NCBI GenBank assembly: GCA_964501185.1
Contig: CAZCRT010000007.1
Location: 16,581 to 80,580, forward strand
DNA from: an uncultured Bacteroidia bacterium
Lineage (GTDB): Bacteria > CAIWAD01 > BS150m-G50
Direction: 5' to 3'
DNA length: 64,000 nucleotides
This document shows, piece after piece, positions 1 through 8,912 of this stretch; positions within the stretch are counted from its first letter, which is position 1; the number at the start of each line of letters is the position of its first letter. The position numbers and the translations under genes are program-made. The notes beneath the pieces were generated by a model. That model saw nothing but the letters and a program-made list of their open reading frames with translations. It searched no databases and was not told the origin of the DNA.

Positions 1-1803
1 CTGGTACATGACCTGACCGGGTGTGCTACAGATATTGAAGACGCCCCTGAGGATCTGAACTGGGTTATCCTGGACTGGGATGACCTCCTGTGGGAAAGCG
101 TGGAGATCGCTGGAGGGCTGCTGACAATGATCCCGCTGCCGGATGTCTCCGGTGAAGACGAAATGACTTTTAGCGTCACCGATAACGGTGAGGCGGGTGG
201 TGACGAATTGAGCGACAACGCCCTGATCACGCTCAGCATTACTCCTGCTAATGATGCTCCTCAGATCGACCTGCCGGACACCCTCGATTTCGATGAGGAT
301 ATGAGCCTGGAAATGGATTTCAGCGAGTTCCTAAGCGATGTGGACTCTGACACTTCACTGCTGTTGACAGCAAGTGGCAACCAGGAGATTGATGTCGCCA
401 TAGATGGGTTTTTAGTAACATTATCAGCCGCTGCAAATTGGAATGGCGCTGAGGATATTACTTTCACTATCGATGATCAGGACCTGCGTTTGACTGACAG
501 TGACTTGATCACTGTGGTTATCAACTCAGTTAACGATCTGCCGATGATTGAGGCGGGCTGCCTGTTGCTCGATACAGGTGAAGATGAAGTGCTGACTTTC
601 GATCTGACAGGTTGCGCATCTGATGCGGAGAACGGTGCTGCAGAGCTGATCTGGTCGTTGCTGGAGGGAATGGAAGCAGATTGGGATTCCACAATGTGGG
701 AATCATTTGTAATAGAAAGCAATATACTCACTGCAGTACCTCTCCCTGACGCCTGGGGTGCAGATTCGGTAACCTTTCTGGTGACTGACCTGGACTCTGG
801 AACTACGGAGCTGGTGAGCATGGTAACGATAGAATGTCAACTCGACTATACCGGCAGAACTGACTACGCTGCAGATCGTGGCAGCCTGCTCATCATGGAC
901 CTGAGTTATGACAGTGATTGTGGCACACCGGAGATCAGCGGTGAGCTGCCTGAATGGCTGACTTATGATGCCGGGACACAAACTGTAAGAGGCAGGGCGA
1001 CTGTCGAAGAGAGCCCCCAGCTGTTCAGTATGACTTTCACCCTGAACACAGGCACGATCACAGTTGATTTCAGCGTGGAACTGCTGGGAACGCTGATCAG
1101 TGAACCGGGTGAAGTTGTGGTGGAAATGCCAACCGATGACAACGGCTATTTCCGTTTTGTATTCAACGATGTAGTGAATCCCCCATATTATCTGGTGATC
1201 AATCAGGTAGACCTGCCGGAGAGGTCTGATGCTGAAGAGATGGCCCCGCTTGTCTGGCAGGTTGACACAGACCTGCCCACAGATATCATGGGTTCCGCCG
1301 AGCTTTATATGCCGGAGTTGCTGCCATTTTTCATGCAATCACTCGATTTCACCCCTACACACCTCTACTTCTACAACCGGTTTGGCACTGCTGATGACTG
1401 GACACGGCAGACTGAGACAGAGGTGCTCGACGAGGGTACCAGACTGATACTGGATATCAACCGGATGGAGAGTGGTGCCTGGACATATGGTGCCTGGTAC
1501 GAAGATGTAGTCGAGAACAGGCTGTGGCAGAACTATCCCAATCCCTTCAACGATGAAACCCGTATCGGTTGTGATATCAAAAACAATAATACACCGGTGG
1601 AGCTGGCTATCTATAATGCTGTCGGTGACAGGGTCTGGCAGGACAGGACGATTTTTAATGCCGGTGATTATCTGCAGAACTACTTCGTCTGGAACGGGCG
1701 CAACCGGCTGGGCAACCCGGTCGGTTCCGGAATCTACATCATCCGGGTGAAGATTGCCGGCAAGGTGTACACCAGACAGGCGGTATTCCTGCGGGGGAAT
1801 TAA
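1..1803 (+). CDS. Large secreted surface protein, 5'-truncated: cadherin-like/tandem-95 Ig repeats, a putative Ig domain and a C-terminal FlgD/T9SS-type sorting domain
   Basis: Frame 1 is open from base 1 (LVHDLTGCATDIEDAPEDLNW...), so the ORF-track start at 100 is internal. Repeats end in ITPANDAP / VINSVNDLP. The C-terminus has QNYPNPFN...WNGRN..G..VGSGIYIIR. Confidence 0.8.
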   Translation: MVHDLTGCATDIEDAPEDLNWVILDWDDLLWESVEIAGGLLTMIPLPDVSGEDEMTFSVTDNGEAGGDELSDNALITLSITPANDAPQIDLPDTLDFDEDMSLEMDFSEFLSDVDSDTSLLLTASGNQEIDVAIDGFLVTLSAAANWNGAEDITFTIDDQDLRLTDSDLITVVINSVNDLPMIEAGCLLLDTGEDEVLTFDLTGCASDAENGAAELIWSLLEGMEADWDSTMWESFVIESNILTAVPLPDAWGADSVTFLVTDLDSGTTELVSMVTIECQLDYTGRTDYAADRGSLLIMDLSYDSDCGTPEISGELPEWLTYDAGTQTVRGRATVEESPQLFSMTFTLNTGTITVDFSVELLGTLISEPGEVVVEMPTDDNGYFRFVFNDVVNPPYYLVINQVDLPERSDAEEMAPLVWQVDTDLPTDIMGSAELYMPELLPFFMQSLDFTPTHLYFYNRFGTADDWTRQTETEVLDEGTRLILDINRMESGAWTYGAWYEDVVENRLWQNYPNPFNDETRIGCDIKNNNTPVELAIYNAVGDRVWQDRTIFNAGDYLQNYFVWNGRNRLGNPVGSGIYIIRVKIAGKVYTRQAVFLRGN

Positions 1804-1825
1804 GGCAGAATGAAATACATGACAC

Positions 1826-1853
1826 AAAGCCCGGCTATCGCCGGGTTTTTTTT
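1826..1853 (+). terminator. Rho-independent terminator
   Basis: AAAGCCCGGC-TATC-GCCGGG followed by a T run, just after the stop at 1803. Confidence 0.9.
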
Positions 1854-1865
1854 ATGCAACACAAT

Positions 1866-2088
1866 GGGTCGGACCATAATATCTTATTAAGAATACTGGG
1901 GATAGGGTTCATAAATCCGACAAAAACGCCCTTAGAGCGAATTTTTACACCCTGAAAATAGCTTCTAAGAGGTTCTAAACATTGCTTAGACCGCATTTTA
2001 ACCAGGAAAAAACCTGTTCTAAGACCATTTTTGAGTGCTTTTAGGGCTGTAATAACATAATACTCAATATGTTACTGAAGTCCGACCC
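1866..2088. repeat. 223-bp AT-rich element with 9-bp terminal inverted repeats (MITE-like?)
   Basis: GGGTCGGAC at 1866-1874 and GTCCGACCC at 2080-2088. Two internal CTTAGA...TCTAAG modules at 1931-1969 and 1985-2023. Confidence 0.45.
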
Positions 2089-2122
2089 CGGTAACCCGTA
2101 GTTGCGAAGGAGTAGAAAAAGC

Positions 2123-2151
2123 TTGCATAATGCACATATGTGCATTATAAT
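2123..2151 (+). promoter_or_regulatory. Sigma70-type promoter overlapped by a perfect 22-bp palindromic operator
   Basis: TTGCAT (2123-2128), 17-bp spacer, TATAAT (2146-2151). Palindrome ATAATGCACATATGTGCATTAT at 2127-2148. Confidence 0.8.
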
Positions 2152-2188
2152 GTATCTGGAGAAGGTCACATACTGCAACGGAGTTACA

Positions 2189-2722
2189 ATGCCACGCACA
2201 AAAAAGCAGAAAATGGTAACCAGCCCGCCGCTTTTTACCGCTTACAAACCGATGGGTATCATGCGCAGCGCCCTGCAGCGTCTGCCTCTGGCTCTCGACG
2301 AATATGAAGCCCTTCGCCTGGCTGACTACCTGGGAATGGATCATGTAGAAGCGGCAGAGGAAATGGAGATATCCCGTTCGACATTCTCCCGTCTGGTGGT
2401 GGAAGCGCGCAGGAAAATTGCCTGCTTCCTGATTGAGGGAAGGGAGTTGCAGATCGAAGGGGGCAATATACATTTCCGCGGCAATGTACTCCGCTGTCAG
2501 AATTGTGGTCATATGTTCAATATAAGTATGGAGACGGAGTTCAATGAATGCCCGGAATGTCATTCAGACAATCTGCTGAATCTGGCGGGAGGATTCGGGC
2601 ATGGCAGGTGTTGTGTCGGGAAGATACCCCGGAATCAACAACAGAATCGTAACCGAAGAGGAGGCAATCATGCCAGGAAGAGACAGAACAGGGCCGGAAG
2701 GAATGGGTCCGATGACAGGTAG
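2189..2722 (+). CDS. DUF134 family putative DNA-binding regulator with a C-terminal Zn-ribbon/Cys cluster
   Basis: MPR..K...V...P....YKPMG, EYEALRLADY, MEISRSTFSR helix-turn-helix, then CxxC..CPEC. ATG at 2189. Confidence 0.9.
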   Translation: MPRTKKQKMVTSPPLFTAYKPMGIMRSALQRLPLALDEYEALRLADYLGMDHVEAAEEMEISRSTFSRLVVEARRKIACFLIEGRELQIEGGNIHFRGNVLRCQNCGHMFNISMETEFNECPECHSDNLLNLAGGFGHGRCCVGKIPRNQQQNRNRRGGNHARKRQNRAGRNGSDDR

Positions 2723-2993
2723 ACAGATGGGCAACTGTAACACTGATATACAACCGGAAAGTAACTTCAGAGCAATGGAAGCCAACAGGGATTCTGTTGC
2801 TGGCAGAGGTTACGGCAGAGGTGCCTGTCGAGGTGGCGGTATGGGTTTCAGACGGGGACATGGTTTCCGGTTATCGAACCGGGAGAGAGTTACAGCTTCT
2901 GGCCAGGATCCGCAGCAGGATGATATGAAAACGCTGCAGGAGAGGGTACAGGCACTGGAGAAGCAGCTGGCTGAAAAGCAACAGGATGAATGA
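2670..2993 (+). CDS. DUF5320 family Gly/Arg-rich protein
   Basis: MPGRDRTGPEGMGPMTGRQMGNC N-terminus, GRGYGRG repeats and a coiled-coil end. RBS GAGGAGG before ATG 2670. Confidence 0.85.
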   Translation: MPGRDRTGPEGMGPMTGRQMGNCNTDIQPESNFRAMEANRDSVAGRGYGRGACRGGGMGFRRGHGFRLSNRERVTASGQDPQQDDMKTLQERVQALEKQLAEKQQDE

Positions 2994-3034
2994 GCAGAAG
3001 ACTCGATTCTTCTCCAGGTAACAGGAGATATCTT

Positions 3035-3253
3035 ATGAGTGGAACTGCAGGAAGCAGAGGTCCCGGTAGTGGTCGCAGCAGTGGCCGGGGTGGCGGAGGC
3101 CGCAACAGAGGGGGCTCTTTCGGGCCGGGTGGACAGTGTGTTTGTGCGAAGTGTGGTGAAAGCATACCCCATCAACGAGGCACTAAATGTACCACGATCA
3201 AATGCCCCGAGTGTGGCCACACCATGGTCAGAGAAGAACTGTTGAAAAAGTAA
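3035..3253 (+). CDS. Small Gly-rich Zn-ribbon/ferredoxin-like protein
   Basis: GPGGQCVCAKCG..IPHQRG.KC..IKCPECG. RBS AGGAGA before ATG 3035. Confidence 0.8.
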   Translation: MSGTAGSRGPGSGRSSGRGGGGRNRGGSFGPGGQCVCAKCGESIPHQRGTKCTTIKCPECGHTMVREELLKK

Positions 3254-3264
3254 AGGGAGATCAA

Positions 3265-3603
3265 GTGAAAAAACTGTTTGCAGTACCGACACTGGCCGGT
3301 GAGCTGTGCGCACACTTCGGCCATTGCGAGAAATTTGCGATTGTGGAGACGGAAGACCAGCAGGTAACCGGAGAGGATTACATTACTCCACCGATGCACC
3401 AGCCCGGTGTATACCCGAAGTTTCTGGCTGACCATGGTGTTGAAGTGATTATTTCAGGTGGAATGGGACAGAAAGCACAGGATCTCTTTGCCCGGAACGA
3501 CATCGAGGTCTGTATGGGTGTCGGCGCTGCCAGCCCCAGGGAGCTGGTAGAACAGTATTTGAGTGAACAGCTGCAGACAGGTGAGAACCTGTGTGACCAC
3601 TGA
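3265..3603 (+). CDS. NifB/NifX family (dinitrogenase FeMo-cofactor-binding-like) protein
   Basis: HFGHCEKFAIV and GVEVIISGGMG motifs. GTG start at 3265 after GGGAG. Confidence 0.9.
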   Translation: MKKLFAVPTLAGELCAHFGHCEKFAIVETEDQQVTGEDYITPPMHQPGVYPKFLADHGVEVIISGGMGQKAQDLFARNDIEVCMGVGAASPRELVEQYLSEQLQTGENLCDH

Positions 3604-3615
3604 ACTGAGAACCTG

Positions 3616-4545
3616 ATGAAGATTGCGATTGCCAGCGGTAAAGGCGGGACCGGAAAAACAACCCTGGCCACCAACCTTGCCGGTTATCTGGCTGAAAAGA
3701 GTAGAGTGGTACTGGTTGATCTGGATGTTGAGGAGCCCAATTCAGGTCTCTTTATAAAGGGCGAACAGATCCACTTCGAAGTGAAGTACAAGATGATTCC
3801 TGAATGGAAACAGGCAGACTGTTCTCTTACACCTGCGGTGCAGGGCGATTTAATATCAGGGCAGATTCCAGGGTCCGGCAGCTCGCATATCTGCGGATTG
3901 TGTCAGGAGGTCTGTAATTTCCATGCCGTACTGCAACTGGGTGACCAGATTCTGGTCTTCCCGGAGCTATGCCATGGATGTTACGCCTGTTCCGAACTAT
4001 GTCCCACCAATGCGCTGCCGATGATCCCGCGACGGATGGGGGAGTTAAGGCAATGGAGAATCGGCTCTCTCGATTTTGTGGAAAGCAAGCTGGATATCGG
4101 CCAGGAGCATGCAGTACCCTTGATTTCAGAGACAAACAGCTATGTTGAAGAGCACTTCCCGGATGAGACAATCAAATTGTTTGACTCGCCACCCGGGACC
4201 GCCTGCCCGGTGATTGAAGCTGTCAAAGATGTCGATTTTGTAATCCTTGTAACTGAACCGACCCCTTTTGGATTGCACGACCTGAGGCTGGCGGTAGATG
4301 CTGTGCGTACCCTGAACAGACAATTCGGTGTTGTGATCAATCGCCACGGTATAGGCAATGACGAAGTAGTCGATTACTGCCACCGGGAGAGTATTCCGGT
4401 ACTGGCGCTGATACCCAATGACCGTCGTATCGCGGAGATGTATTCGCGCGGGGAATTGGTCTATCACCAGTTTCCTGAAGTCAGACAGCAGCTGGAAGAG
4501 ATCATGAACGATGTTCCTGGAAAACTGCAGGACAAAGCTGTATGA
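3616..4545 (+). CDS. MinD-superfamily P-loop ATPase with inserted ferredoxin domain (COG1149)
   Basis: SGKGGTGKT, DVEEPN, CHGCYACSELCP, DSPPGTACP, VTEPTPFGLHDL. Confidence 0.92.
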   Translation: MKIAIASGKGGTGKTTLATNLAGYLAEKSRVVLVDLDVEEPNSGLFIKGEQIHFEVKYKMIPEWKQADCSLTPAVQGDLISGQIPGSGSSHICGLCQEVCNFHAVLQLGDQILVFPELCHGCYACSELCPTNALPMIPRRMGELRQWRIGSLDFVESKLDIGQEHAVPLISETNSYVEEHFPDETIKLFDSPPGTACPVIEAVKDVDFVILVTEPTPFGLHDLRLAVDAVRTLNRQFGVVINRHGIGNDEVVDYCHRESIPVLALIPNDRRIAEMYSRGELVYHQFPEVRQQLEEIMNDVPGKLQDKAV

Positions 4546-5423
4546 AAGAAATCGTTGTTATCTCCGGCAAAGGCGGTACCGGAAAAACCTCTATTACGGC
4601 ATCATTTGCATTGCTGGCTGGTGAAGAGATCGTTGTGGCTGATTGTGATGTAGATGCAGCCGACATGCATCTGCTACTGCATCCTGATTTTGCAAAGGCG
4701 GAGGATTTTTACAGCGGTGAAATCTCCCGGATCGATCAGGACAGCTGTACCCGCTGCGGAAAATGCGCCGATGCCTGCCGGTTTGACGCCATACCAGTTA
4801 TCGACGGTCAGTATATCGTGCAGCCTTTGAATTGCGAAGGGTGTGGCTATTGCGCCCGTGTCTGTCCTGAAGATGCGATCATCAATCTGGCGCAGCATGT
4901 GGGTGAATGGTATATCTCTTCCACCAGAGCGGGCAACACCATGGTGCATGCACGACTTGGAATTGGTGCGGAAAACTCCGGCAAGCTGGTAGCCAGGGTC
5001 AAAAGTGAGTCCCTGCGCATTGCAGAGGAAACAGGCAGGGAGCTGATTGTAGTTGATGGCTCACCCGGAATAGGTTGCCCGGTTGTCTCTTCCCTCTCTG
5101 GTGCCAGCCTGGTAGTCCTGGTAACTGAACCAACTGTTTCTGGTCTGCATGATCTGAAGCGGGTTTATCAGCTGGTGAAGAAATTCGATCTCAAGGCAGG
5201 TTGCATTATCAACAAACAGGACCTCAATCCACAGGTGACACTGGAAATTGAGGAATTCCTTAAGCAGGAAGGTATCGCGCACATCGCCGGTCTGCCCTAC
5301 GATGAGACTTTTACCCGGGCGATAACGCAGGGGCAGACCATTGTAGAATTTGATACGGGTGAACTGAAGAACCTCCTGGTGGAAAGCTGGGAAAAAGTGA
5401 AACAGTTGACAATTTCTGATTAA
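4542..5423 (+). CDS. MinD-superfamily P-loop ATPase with inserted 2x[4Fe-4S] ferredoxin domain (COG1149), second paralog
   Basis: SGKGGTGKT, DCDVDA, CTRCGKCADAC, CEGCGYCARVCP, DGSPGIGCP. Confidence 0.93.
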   Translation: MKEIVVISGKGGTGKTSITASFALLAGEEIVVADCDVDAADMHLLLHPDFAKAEDFYSGEISRIDQDSCTRCGKCADACRFDAIPVIDGQYIVQPLNCEGCGYCARVCPEDAIINLAQHVGEWYISSTRAGNTMVHARLGIGAENSGKLVARVKSESLRIAEETGRELIVVDGSPGIGCPVVSSLSGASLVVLVTEPTVSGLHDLKRVYQLVKKFDLKAGCIINKQDLNPQVTLEIEEFLKQEGIAHIAGLPYDETFTRAITQGQTIVEFDTGELKNLLVESWEKVKQLTISD

Positions 5424-5434
5424 AGAGGATAGAG

Positions 5435-5779
5435 ATGAAAATCGCATTTACGACAAAAGGTATCGAGTGGGATTCCAGAATGGACCCCCGTTTCGGTAGA
5501 ACTGAATACATCGTTGTATACGATAATGAGCTGGATCAGCTGTCACACGTTGACAACCGCCAGGTCGAAGAGGTAGCCCACGGCGCCGGTCCACAAACAG
5601 CACAGAAACTGTTTGATCTTAAACCGGATGTTCTGATTACCGGCAACGGTCCCGGTGGAAATGCCGGTATTGTTCTGGAAAAGGCCGGTATGAAAATACT
5701 GGTCGGTGCCGGTGAGATGACAGTTAAAGAGGCTTATGACGCCTTTATGCAGGGTGGCTTGAAGGTGTACACTTCCTGA
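5435..5779 (+). CDS. NifB/NifX family protein
   Basis: MKIAF...DPRFGR, HGAGPQTAQ, LITGNGPG. Confidence 0.9.
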   Translation: MKIAFTTKGIEWDSRMDPRFGRTEYIVVYDNELDQLSHVDNRQVEEVAHGAGPQTAQKLFDLKPDVLITGNGPGGNAGIVLEKAGMKILVGAGEMTVKEAYDAFMQGGLKVYTS

Positions 5780-5794
5780 GTAAATGGCCTTGAA

Positions 5795-6319
5795 ATGAAG
5801 ATGAAACGAGTGGAAACCCCGGGAGAGATCGAAGAAGTTCGTCAACTCTTCCAGGAGTATGAAGCATATCTCGATGCCGATCTCTGCTTTCAGAGCTTTG
5901 AAGAGGAGCTGGAAACCCTCCCCGGCAGATACACGCCACCCGGCGGAGTGCTCCTGCTGGGCTCAATAACCGGGGAAGTGGCAGGATCTGTTGCCCTGCG
6001 CGAGCTGACGCCCGGTGTTTGTGAGATGAAGCGCCTCTTCGTCAGGCCGGAATTCAGGGGGAGCGGTCTGGGAAGACAGCTGGCGGAAGAGGTAGTCGCT
6101 CTGGCGCGTGCAAACGGTTATGCAAAGATGCGGCTGGACACACTCAATAAACTGATGGCAGCTAACTGTCTTTACGAGTCACTTGGTTTTATAAAAACTG
6201 AACCATATTACGATAACCCGCTTCCGGGAGTGGTATACTGGGAACTGGATCTGAAACAGGTTGATTCAACAGTGAGCTCCCCCGCGCTACCGCTGACCGC
6301 TCCAACTCCTTCTGTCTGA
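5795..6319 (+). CDS. GNAT family N-acetyltransferase
   Basis: CEMKRLFVRPEFRGSGLGR acetyl-CoA motif and LYESLGF. Confidence 0.92.
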   Translation: MKMKRVETPGEIEEVRQLFQEYEAYLDADLCFQSFEEELETLPGRYTPPGGVLLLGSITGEVAGSVALRELTPGVCEMKRLFVRPEFRGSGLGRQLAEEVVALARANGYAKMRLDTLNKLMAANCLYESLGFIKTEPYYDNPLPGVVYWELDLKQVDSTVSSPALPLTAPTPSV

Positions 6320-6514
6320 ATCGACATCTCCCGCCTTGTAAAATTGTGCCCATTTGCCCTTTTGTTATCCCTTCCGTCTGTTTCTGTAATCTTCCATTGG
6401 CATTGGCCTTCAGTCATTGTAAATTACTGGTCAGGTAGCGGGAACCATGATTTTCCTGTAGCACCAGGTTATTTATACAACGTCATTTGAATCGACTATC
6501 AAATCCACATTGCC

Positions 6515-8911
6515 ATGAAACGACTCCTTATCAGATACCTGATACTCCTTTGCCTGCTGCCATCAGGGCAGCTGTTGGCTGCTGTCCTGCCGGTCGCACA
6601 CACCTGCCAGCGGCAGGTCAGCTCCCTGTTGCATTATGACGGTTGCCTTTATGGCGCTACCACAGGCGGGCTTTTCATTAACGATACCCTGGAGACCGAT
6701 TTCAGCCACTATACTGTGCTGGATGGCCTGAGCGAAAACGACAATCGCCGCCTGGCAATCACTGAAGACGGCCTGCTATGGTGTGCTTCTGCCGGTGCCC
6801 GGCTTGATCTGTTTGAAATAAACGGGACTTCCGGACAGAATCCGAATCTGGTGTTCATCGGTACGTTTCAGGAATTCGCTGACGACGATCAGATATTTTC
6901 CATACACGATCTGGCGGTGATGGGGGAGTGGATACTGGTGGCATCTGATATCGGTTACACCAGAATGCGCTGGGATGCTGCCAGCGGCGGGTTCACTGTT
7001 GACTATACCGTCAGGCGCCCTGGTGAGCTGGGTTACGAAGTTCCAATCCATCGCCTGGCTGTTTTCGACGACAGGATTGTTCTGGCAGCGGAATGTGGTG
7101 TGGCAGTGCACAACCCGTTGCTCGGTGAGCCGGATCAGCCGGAAAGCTGGCAGGATTTTCCGATCTGCTCACAGGATGATGAGATTCGTCAGCTGATCTC
7201 AGCCGGGGACAGAGCCTGGTTAATGATCAGCGATGTTAATGACACCGGTCATCTCTACCGGGTTGATGCCGACGGTATCAACGAAGTACTGACACACCCG
7301 CACCTGCTGGATATTACGATTCGCGATAACGAATTGGTACTGGCTGATGAGCAGCAGATTTACAGTTTCAGTGGTATTTACGGTGACCCGCTGATTGCCA
7401 TGCAGCCGGTTACAAATTTCAATCTCTTTGCCAGGCAGGTGAATGGTTGCTGGTATCACCGCAGCTCCACCTGGACTGATGAAGGGGGATTGGTACAGTT
7501 GTGCAGCGGTAGTGAGACGGTTATTCCCGGCCCTGCCATGGAGAGCTTCACCGATCTGCAATACGATGACACCGGACGTCTCTGGGTTACCGGGCAATCT
7601 GCCGGTGCGGTGGGAGCCGGTATCGCGGTGCTTGAGAATGGTGTGTGGATCAACTATACCTGCCAGGACTCAGCCTACAGGGCGCAGATGAATATTTCCA
7701 CCGGTTTCGAAGCCTTCAATGAACTGCTGATCGACAGTGAAGGATGGATCTGGCTATCCACCTGGGGTTATGGCCTGATTCTTTTTCGCCCCGATCAGGA
7801 GCGCTTCTATCAGTTTAATCATGACTCCCCTTCAGGCCAGCGTTTTTATGGCCCGATAACTGAAAATGGCCCCATTCCGACCTATCCTATTACCGCCGGG
7901 CTCTCTGAGGATCCCTTTGGCAATGTCTGGGTGCTCAATAATCGTTCACTGACTGATACCGTACTGGTGGCGATTCCCCGGGAATTCCATACCAACGATA
8001 GTACCGATTTCCGTTATCATGCGCTTCCGGAGACCAACCTCTACTCACTCTATGCCGAGCAGCCAGGTAATATCTGGGCTGGAGCAGGTGCGGTGCTTTC
8101 CGGAGCGGGTGGTGCCGGTGACTGGGGTAGTTCCAGCAAAGATATTTACGGATTGCTGGGTGATGACAACACACTGCCAATCTGGGACCAGGATTCAGTA
8201 ACACAGGTTGAAATCTCCCTGCTCGATGAGGAGTACAATGGCGGTATCACCGGTGCTTCCGGTTTCATCACAACTATGCAGGCTGATCTGGATGGTAATT
8301 TCTGGGTTGCCACCACACAGGGACTCTATTACTCATCCGCGTTTCTGGGAGACCCCACACTTTTCAACCGCCTGCTTTATGTGGAAGGATTGAGCAGCGA
8401 AGAAATCTACTGTCTCGAGGTCGATCCACGCAACCGGCTCTGGGTTGGCACCAATCTCGGTTTTGATCTGCTGGATGTCACCACTTTCCTCTTCACGGAT
8501 CACTATACGGAAGCGGTGACAGGAATCCCCTGGAGTAATGTGCGGGCGCTTGACTTCAATGCACAGGATGGTGCAGCAGCTGCGATAACAGGGCGGGGGA
8601 TTTTTATTCTGCCAACCGGATTGGCTGAACACCCCGAAGCACAGTCGGATGTGATACATCCATACCCGAATCCATTCCGTCCCGGCATCCATGACCGGAT
8701 ACACTTCCCCCCGGAAGAGGTCTCCCGTTACGCGACTGTGGCTATCTACACAGTCTCCGGAAAACTGGTACGCCGTATCAGTGGTGTTGAGAGCGATGAG
8801 GGCTGGGACGGACGCACGGAAAGCGGTGAGCTTGTACCGAGTGGCATCTATATCATATTGCTCTCCGGTAATCAGGGTAAAGCGACCGGAAAAATTGCTG
8901 TGATACATTGA
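6515..8911 (+). CDS. PorZ-like beta-propeller protein with a C-terminal FlgD/T9SS-type domain
   Basis: Signal peptide and repeated propeller blades (DSEGWIWLST, DLDGNFWVAT, DPRNRLWVGT). C-terminus has YPNPFRP...WDGRTESGELVPSGIY. Confidence 0.7.
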   Translation: MKRLLIRYLILLCLLPSGQLLAAVLPVAHTCQRQVSSLLHYDGCLYGATTGGLFINDTLETDFSHYTVLDGLSENDNRRLAITEDGLLWCASAGARLDLFEINGTSGQNPNLVFIGTFQEFADDDQIFSIHDLAVMGEWILVASDIGYTRMRWDAASGGFTVDYTVRRPGELGYEVPIHRLAVFDDRIVLAAECGVAVHNPLLGEPDQPESWQDFPICSQDDEIRQLISAGDRAWLMISDVNDTGHLYRVDADGINEVLTHPHLLDITIRDNELVLADEQQIYSFSGIYGDPLIAMQPVTNFNLFARQVNGCWYHRSSTWTDEGGLVQLCSGSETVIPGPAMESFTDLQYDDTGRLWVTGQSAGAVGAGIAVLENGVWINYTCQDSAYRAQMNISTGFEAFNELLIDSEGWIWLSTWGYGLILFRPDQERFYQFNHDSPSGQRFYGPITENGPIPTYPITAGLSEDPFGNVWVLNNRSLTDTVLVAIPREFHTNDSTDFRYHALPETNLYSLYAEQPGNIWAGAGAVLSGAGGAGDWGSSSKDIYGLLGDDNTLPIWDQDSVTQVEISLLDEEYNGGITGASGFITTMQADLDGNFWVATTQGLYYSSAFLGDPTLFNRLLYVEGLSSEEIYCLEVDPRNRLWVGTNLGFDLLDVTTFLFTDHYTEAVTGIPWSNVRALDFNAQDGAAAAITGRGIFILPTGLAEHPEAQSDVIHPYPNPFRPGIHDRIHFPPEEVSRYATVAIYTVSGKLVRRISGVESDEGWDGRTESGELVPSGIYIILLSGNQGKATGKIAVIH

Positions 8912-8912
8912 C

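Noticed and set aside
2102-2188. Longest-ORF starts from the track (also 2601, 2990, 3187, 14444, 15957, 19751, 21192, 21315, 25550, 34983, 47753, 49099, 51523, 52780)
   Set aside because: Downstream starts have better RBSs and match family N-termini or signal peptides, and the upstream extensions overlap promoters or neighbouring genes.
3842-3850. AGGGCGATT shared between the COG1149 insertion and the lepA array (59115)
   Set aside because: A 9-mer match is expected by chance in 64 kb.
6485-6504. ATTTGA-N8-TCAAAT as an FNR site
   Set aside because: The spacing does not fit TTGAT-N4-ATCAA and the arms are short.
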